DNA of 64,000 nucleotides from Vulcanimicrobiota bacterium (GTDB lineage Bacteria; Vulcanimicrobiota; Xenobia; Xenobiales; JADMJV01): NCBI GenBank assembly GCA_019637395.1, contig JAHBVR010000012.1, positions 129,842 to 193,841 of the forward strand, read 5' to 3'. Shown piece by piece: positions 59,156 to 64,000 of this stretch (position 1 is its first letter; each line of letters starts with the position of its first letter). The notes under the pieces were generated by a model. It saw only the letters and a program-made list of their open reading frames with translations, ran no database searches and was not told where the DNA came from. The position numbers and the translations under genes were made by a program.

Positions 59156-59749
59156 TTATGCCAGGCCGTCTGGTGCCGAAGTGGCTTCCTCCGCCTCGGG
59201 CGCAAAGCGCTCCACCGCTTCGTTGAGCATTTCCTGGCGATCGGAGATCATCTGCAGGGCGGTGCAAATGTGGTCATTGCCCTGGCGAAAGACATCGAGA
59301 TACTTTTGCAGCTCGTGCTCGTCCTCGGCGGGCAGTGAGGTTTCCATGCCGTGCAGACCTTCCTCGCACAGAGCCACCCCTTTGCGCACCAGATAACCCA
59401 CCTGGTGATGAAACTCGCCCTCGGAGTTGAGCCGCTTTTCCACTTCCAGAGCCCGGGCCAACTGAGCCATGCCGTGGCCGGTGAACTCCTCGAAATGCTT
59501 GCGAATATGCTTGAGCCAGACGCGAACCTGGGCGTCATCCGCCCCATCCAGCCAGTCGTCGATAGCCATGCGCAGCTGGGCCAGGTTCTCGGTATCGAAA
59601 GTCTCGGTCGGGGCCTGGTAGCGGCGGCCCTCCTCGAAGTCGAACATCCCGTTGGCCGCTTCCACCGCCTGCCGCAGCATGGCGCCACAAGACGCGCAAC
59701 GCGAAACGTTGGGCAGATTCTCCACCGAGCAAATCAAGCATTGAGGCAT
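59156..59749 (-). CDS. hypothetical protein with N-terminal zinc ribbon
   Basis: CLICS...CASCG at N-terminus followed by acidic helical region. Confidence 0.5.
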   Translation of the reverse strand: MPQCLICSVENLPNVSRCASCGAMLRQAVEAANGMFDFEEGRRYQAPTETFDTENLAQLRMAIDDWLDGADDAQVRVWLKHIRKHFEEFTGHGMAQLARALEVEKRLNSEGEFHHQVGYLVRKGVALCEEGLHGMETSLPAEDEHELQKYLDVFRQGNDHICTALQMISDRQEMLNEAVERFAPEAEEATSAPDGLA

Positions 59750-59830
59750 CCAGAGATGATACTGGGTCCAGGGGCGCGGCTCCTGGAAGAATTATCCTTT
59801 CAGATCGATTTCAGACCCTGGAGCTAGGAT

Positions 59831-61153
59831 ATGGCTATGATTCAATCCATTTCTAGCTGCAACCACAAAGGCCACGTGCACAGGTGCTCCCATCCAGGCC
59901 ATTCCAGTGCACCGGCTCCGGCCGAAGTTCCGACCGACAATGTTGCCCTTGGAGTCATGGATATGCGCGGCCAGAAGCAGGTCGCCTTCAACACCGCTCA
60001 GGCCGCCATCTGGTCGGTGGACGCCGCCGTCAAGGCCGCCAGCCAGGGCACCTTCGGTGTCGGCGGCGTGCTGCTCGGACCTCACCAAGAAGTGATCGCC
60101 ATCTCCTGCAACCGCGTCATCGCCGACGGCCAGGTGGCCGACCCGACCGCCCATGGCGAACGCCAGGTGGTTGACTGGTATTTCGAGCAGAAAGCTCAGG
60201 GCAGCCAGCTCCCCAAACCCGAAGATTGCACCATCGTCTCCAGTCTCGACCCCTGCATGATGTGCGCCGGCTCTATTCTAACCGGCGGCTTCAACGTCGT
60301 TTCCACCACTCTGGACACGCGCGCCGGCGTCAACTACACCACCGACGGCACCTACCCCACCGTGCCCGCCGAACTGCAGCAGCAGGCCAAAGAGCATTTC
60401 GCTTATGTGGGCATCGAGGGAGTCCGCCCCTATCAGGGTCCGGAGCACCTGAATCATGGCTCGACCATTAGCGAAGCCGAAGAAAAACGCTCCATCGACA
60501 CCTTCCTGGCCAGCCTGGGCAAGGTTCAGGAAGTGATTCACAGCGGCCCCAGCGCGCCCGTAAAAGACCTGAGTGGCTGCCAGGACCCGCAAGTACTGGC
60601 CGCTCTCAAGAAATATTATCCGTCGGCCCTCGAACTCAAATTTGCCCCCGGCCAGCCCGACTCCAAATTGGCCCGACCCCTCCTCGAGGCCGCCAACGAG
60701 GCTCAACAAAGAGGTGCCTCCTACAACGCCGCCGCTCTGATCGACCCGCACGGCAACCTGGTGATGCTGCGCGCCGGCAAAGAAGAGCGCTCCCCCATCC
60801 GGACTCCCTTTATGGAGCTGACCCGGGCCTGGGCCAAAGTGCGCGCCGAGGCCGGTCCCGAAGGTGAAAAATACCTGGCTCCCCTGAAAGACTGCACGCT
60901 GGTCACCCTGCAAGGTCCCGGCCACGACGCGCCCAGCGTGATGGAAATGGGCGCTTACGGTTCGAGCGTGGAAGGCCCCCTGCCCGAGCACCCCCATCCG
61001 GCCTGGCAATACATTTTGCCGCGCCAGTCGCAGGCCGGCGTCGACCAGCAAATCGCCAATTTGCCTCCTCTATACAGTCAGGTGATCAAGCCGGAAATTC
61101 AGCAGGTAAGTGACGGGGCTCTGGTGCATCTGTGCACTCACAATGAGCATTGA
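59831..61153 (+). CDS. cytidine/deoxycytidylate-deaminase-fold protein (two CDA-like modules; His/Cys-rich N-terminus)
   Basis: HGERQVV (HxE) and SLDPCMMCAGSI (PCxxC) zinc-deaminase motifs; second CDA-like module lacks catalytic residues; N-terminus SCNHKGHVHRCSHPGH; stop overlaps next start (ATGA). Confidence 0.75.
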   Translation: MAMIQSISSCNHKGHVHRCSHPGHSSAPAPAEVPTDNVALGVMDMRGQKQVAFNTAQAAIWSVDAAVKAASQGTFGVGGVLLGPHQEVIAISCNRVIADGQVADPTAHGERQVVDWYFEQKAQGSQLPKPEDCTIVSSLDPCMMCAGSILTGGFNVVSTTLDTRAGVNYTTDGTYPTVPAELQQQAKEHFAYVGIEGVRPYQGPEHLNHGSTISEAEEKRSIDTFLASLGKVQEVIHSGPSAPVKDLSGCQDPQVLAALKKYYPSALELKFAPGQPDSKLARPLLEAANEAQQRGASYNAAALIDPHGNLVMLRAGKEERSPIRTPFMELTRAWAKVRAEAGPEGEKYLAPLKDCTLVTLQGPGHDAPSVMEMGAYGSSVEGPLPEHPHPAWQYILPRQSQAGVDQQIANLPPLYSQVIKPEIQQVSDGALVHLCTHNEH

Positions 61154-61982
61154 TACTTTTCCCTATGTAGAACAAGCCGTCAAGGTCGTCCAGGACAAGA
61201 TCGGCAACAGACCCCTTCCCCGCCTGGCTCTGGTAGCCGGCTCCGGCCTCGGCAGCGTAGCCGATCTGATCAAGGACCCCGTCACCATATCCTACGCGGA
61301 TATCCCGGGCTTCCCGGCTCCGGGCGTTCACGGCCACAAAGGCAATCTGGTTTACGGCGAGGTTTCCGGCGTGGCCACCATCGTATTGATGGGCCGTGTC
61401 CACGTTTACGAAGGCGAAGAGAGCTGGCGCCTCAAGGTCATGATTCGTACCATGCGCAAGCTGGGCTGCGAGTTCTTGTTTTTGACCAACGCCGCCGGCT
61501 CGATGCGCCTGGAAGTGGGCGCCGGCGAGTTGGTGATGATCACCGACCACATTAACTTCATGGGCGGCAACCCGCTGGTCGGACCCAACGAAGACAAGTT
61601 CGGCCCCCGCTTTGTCGACCTGGAGGACTGCTGGGATCCGCAACTGCGCGCCCTGCTCAAGCAGTGCGCCGCCGAAACCAGCATCACTCTGCACGAAGCC
61701 GTCTTCGCCGGCTGGATGGGCCCCTGTTTCGAGACCCCGGCCGAAATCCGCATGCTCAGCATGCTGGGCGCCCAGACCGTGGGCATGTCGACCGTGCCCG
61801 ACAATCTGGTGGCCCGCCACTGCGGGCTGCGCGTCCTCGGCGTCTCGGTCATCACCAACCTGGCTTGCGGCCTCTCACCGCTGAAGCTGAGTCACGACCT
61901 GACCATGCAAGAAGCCGAAAAAGGCGCGGCCAAGCTGATCGTGCTCTTTGAACGCTTCATGGAGAAGATCTCGAAGCTCTAG
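61143..61982 (+). CDS. purine nucleoside phosphorylase (PNP/MTAP family, trimeric type)
   Basis: [11 protein letters not shown], phosphate-binding and [14 protein letters not shown] motifs typical of PNP-I. Confidence 0.9.
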   Translation: MSIDTFPYVEQAVKVVQDKIGNRPLPRLALVAGSGLGSVADLIKDPVTISYADIPGFPAPGVHGHKGNLVYGEVSGVATIVLMGRVHVYEGEESWRLKVMIRTMRKLGCEFLFLTNAAGSMRLEVGAGELVMITDHINFMGGNPLVGPNEDKFGPRFVDLEDCWDPQLRALLKQCAAETSITLHEAVFAGWMGPCFETPAEIRMLSMLGAQTVGMSTVPDNLVARHCGLRVLGVSVITNLACGLSPLKLSHDLTMQEAEKGAAKLIVLFERFMEKISKL

Positions 61983-62200
61983 CTGGGGTCCAGCAGCCGA
62001 AGTCCTGGATAATAAGTGCGGAAATAGCCAGAATCCCTGGTCAACAGACGGTCAGCCTGCTTGAAAGCGTGGGCACCGATCATAAAATCGGCAATCACCC
62101 GCTGCTTCGAACCTCCCCGGGCCCGATAAGCTCGCCAGGCATCGCCAGATTCTTCGGTCGACGCGAGGTTCAGGCCACGCTCGGAGATAACAGACTTCAT
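61979..62200 (-). pseudogene. truncated PIN-domain (VapC-like) toxin remnant
   Basis: C-terminal half of a PIN domain only (…[52 protein letters not shown]); in-frame stop 5 codons upstream of the Met, no room for an antitoxin gene. Confidence 0.5.
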
Positions 62201-62240
62201 ACTCAGGATATGAATTCATACCGACGAAGTCAATCTGAGC

Positions 62241-63467
62241 CTAAAAGGACGAAGCCAGTTGGTAGATCGGCTGGAAAGCGGCCAGCAGCACGAAAGCTAC
62301 CGCGCCGCCCAGGAAGGTTAGAATGAAGGGCTCGACCAGCTTGCCGATGGTCTCCAGTCCGCGCACCATTTCCTGATCGAAGTAGTCGGCCAGACGGTAC
62401 ATCATACGATCGACGGTGCCGCTCTCCTCACCGATGGCCACCATCTCCACGGTCATGCCCGGAAAGAGTTTCTGGCTGTTCATCGTCGAAACCAACTGTT
62501 TGCCGATGCGCACGGCCTCGATTTGCGCCACTACGGTGCGGCGCAGCAACTCGCGATCCAGGCTGCGTCCCAGCAACTGCAGCGAACTGTAGAGCGGTAC
62601 GCCCGAATCCAGCAGAGTGGCGAAAGAGCGAAAATAGGCGGAAAGCATGCGGAAGTGCACCTGCTGGCCGTACCAGGGCAAGCGCAGCAGGAAGCGTTCG
62701 ATCGTGGCCTTGCCGGCCCGGGTCTTGGACCAGTGGTAAAAAACGTAAGCGAACACGGCCCCGGGCCCGATGCAGGTACCCAGCACCACCATTCCATAAG
62801 TCTCCACGAACTTGCCGAAACCCACCAGCATGCGCGTCGAGGTCGGCAACTGCATGTTGAGGTCGACGAAGATGGTCACGAACTTCGGCACCATATAAGT
62901 GAAGATAAAGATCACCAGCCCGCCGGCGCAGGTCAGCAACACGGTTGGATAGATCAAAGCCTGCTTTAGCTTGAGCGAATAAGCATATTCCTTCTCGTAG
63001 TGAGAGGCGCAGCGGTCCAGGGTCTCGGCCAGCCGGCCGCTGTGCTCTCCCACCCGAGTCGATCCGATCATAAACTGCGAGAAAAACTCGGGCCGGCGCA
63101 TCATGGCCTGGGAGAGCGAGTAGCCATTCTCGACGTCGGCCAGCATACGCTCCATGGAGCGGCGGAAATGGGCCTGGCCACTTTTGGGCAGCAGGGAATG
63201 CATGGCCTGAGCCAGGGCGATACCGGCCGTCAGCATGACCGAAAGCTGGCGGATCCAGAGAGCCAGGACCTGCGGTTTGACCGGCTGGACAAAATACCAG
63301 ATCCAGTGCTTGGGCTTGACCTTGTCGATGGAAACGATGGTCAGCCCTTTTTTGTGCAGGATGCTTTTGACTTTGTCGGCGTCGCTGGCTTCCATCTCCC
63401 CGGCGATGCGATTCCCTTTGGCATCGATGCACAGGTAGAGATAATCTTGCAATCCTCCCTGGCTCAC
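62241..63467 (-). CDS. pilC: type IV pilus assembly / type II secretion platform protein PilC/GspF
   Basis: Two GspF repeats, 3 TM segments, conserved …GESSG…/…LxxGxxLxxAL… regions. Confidence 0.85.
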   Translation of the reverse strand: MSQGGLQDYLYLCIDAKGNRIAGEMEASDADKVKSILHKKGLTIVSIDKVKPKHWIWYFVQPVKPQVLALWIRQLSVMLTAGIALAQAMHSLLPKSGQAHFRRSMERMLADVENGYSLSQAMMRRPEFFSQFMIGSTRVGEHSGRLAETLDRCASHYEKEYAYSLKLKQALIYPTVLLTCAGGLVIFIFTYMVPKFVTIFVDLNMQLPTSTRMLVGFGKFVETYGMVVLGTCIGPGAVFAYVFYHWSKTRAGKATIERFLLRLPWYGQQVHFRMLSAYFRSFATLLDSGVPLYSSLQLLGRSLDRELLRRTVVAQIEAVRIGKQLVSTMNSQKLFPGMTVEMVAIGEESGTVDRMMYRLADYFDQEMVRGLETIGKLVEPFILTFLGGAVAFVLLAAFQPIYQLASSF

Positions 63468-64000
63468 GGCGGCACCACCCGGATGGTGGCGATGGTGCCG
63501 TTATTGAAAAGGACTTCCAGGCCCGGGCTGGCCAGCGACTCCAGATTGTCGGCGTCGTGGGTGATCGAAGGAGAAAAAAGCGAGGTCAATTCGGAAGGTT
63601 CCTTGACGCTGCCCACCGCCAGGCCGCCCTCCAGGGTATAGAAGTTATAGTCGGTCTCGATACCCACCACGATGTTGTCGGCCAGGGTGAAAGTGAGCCG
63701 GGGGGCGCTGTAGAGCAGGCGGCAATAGCCGCCTTTCTGCTCCAGAATCTGGCCCTGCCCCAGTTCTTTGCGCAATTGCTCCAGGCGCAATCCCAACGGG
63801 TAGTTGCCCAGGGCCTGGCCGGGCACCACCCTGGCGTTGGAGCGGGTGGGAGTCTCGCGATCGGGCTGAACGCTGACGTGCGTCTTAATGGCCTGCACCC
63901 ACATATCGGTGGGCGGCGGAGCCATCGCTCCACCGGTGGAATGGGAATCCACGAAAGCTTTGCAGGCGCTGGCGGGAATGGCCGTGTTCCAGCTCATTCC
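63464..64000 (-). CDS. hypothetical protein (may extend beyond window)
   Basis: 177-aa ORF with GC3 bias whose Met lies 3 nt from the window edge; stop overlaps pilC start (ATGA). Confidence 0.4.
   Translation of the reverse strand, partial: GMSWNTAIPASACKAFVDSHSTGGAMAPPPTDMWVQAIKTHVSVQPDRETPTRSNARVVPGQALGNYPLGLRLEQLRKELGQGQILEQKGGYCRLLYSAPRLTFTLADNIVVGIETDYNFYTLEGGLAVGSVKEPSELTSLFSPSITHDADNLESLASPGLEVLFNNGTIATIRVVPP

Noticed and set aside
1-64000. CRISPR arrays, rRNA or tRNA genes, IS elements or transposases
   Set aside because: No regularly spaced direct repeats, no rRNA or tRNA-like conserved segments, and no transposase or integrase-like ORFs were recognised on either strand.

Overview
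This is a 64-kb, high-GC (~64-65 %) bacterial chromosomal segment; GC-rich third codon positions indicate coding throughout and genes are densely packed. I called ~75 features. Most are housekeeping or recognisable families:
- Metabolism: thiolase, ispG, hppD, prs, pgi, rph, a purine nucleoside phosphorylase, and a DsrEFH/TusBCD-like trio.
- Envelope and secreted enzymes: comEA, a PilZ protein, pilC/gspF, an HtrA/DegP protease, a matrixin, and a run of three unrelated peptidases (DUF4344 metallopeptidase-like, subtilisin S8, clostripain-like C11).
- Signalling: a VIT-vWA protein, two hybrid histidine kinases, and a complete 7-gene chemosensory operon on the minus strand (cheW-cheR(TPR)-cheW-PAS/MCP-cheA/CheY-cheB-REC/HK).
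- RNA element: a fluoride riboswitch (crcB motif) sits directly upstream of crcB. No rRNA, tRNA, CRISPR array or obvious IS element was seen.

The most unusual locus is the translationally coupled operon at 470-5473:
- It contains a sirtuin-domain protein whose catalytic His appears replaced by Asn, fused to a GGDEF-like domain whose signature reads SQDQF, plus a terminal Cys4 zinc ribbon.
- It is preceded by an uncharacterised GxGGGxD-loop protein and followed by TspO, a zinc-ribbon SAM methyltransferase and a secreted HExxH protein.

Other observations worth a second look:
- A ~55-nt, ~80 % identical direct-repeat motif (50230-50281 and 54261-54317) brackets a 4-kb block of accessory-type genes.
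- A C11 peptidase gene sits with Gly/Ala-rich proteins.
- A PD-(D/E)xK-like ORF pair has a frame problem.
- A two-domain cytidine-deaminase-fold protein with a His/Cys-rich N-terminus is coupled to the PNP gene.
- A frameshifted gene and a truncated vapC remnant.

All calls are from reading the sequence and ORF translations only; no database searches were run.
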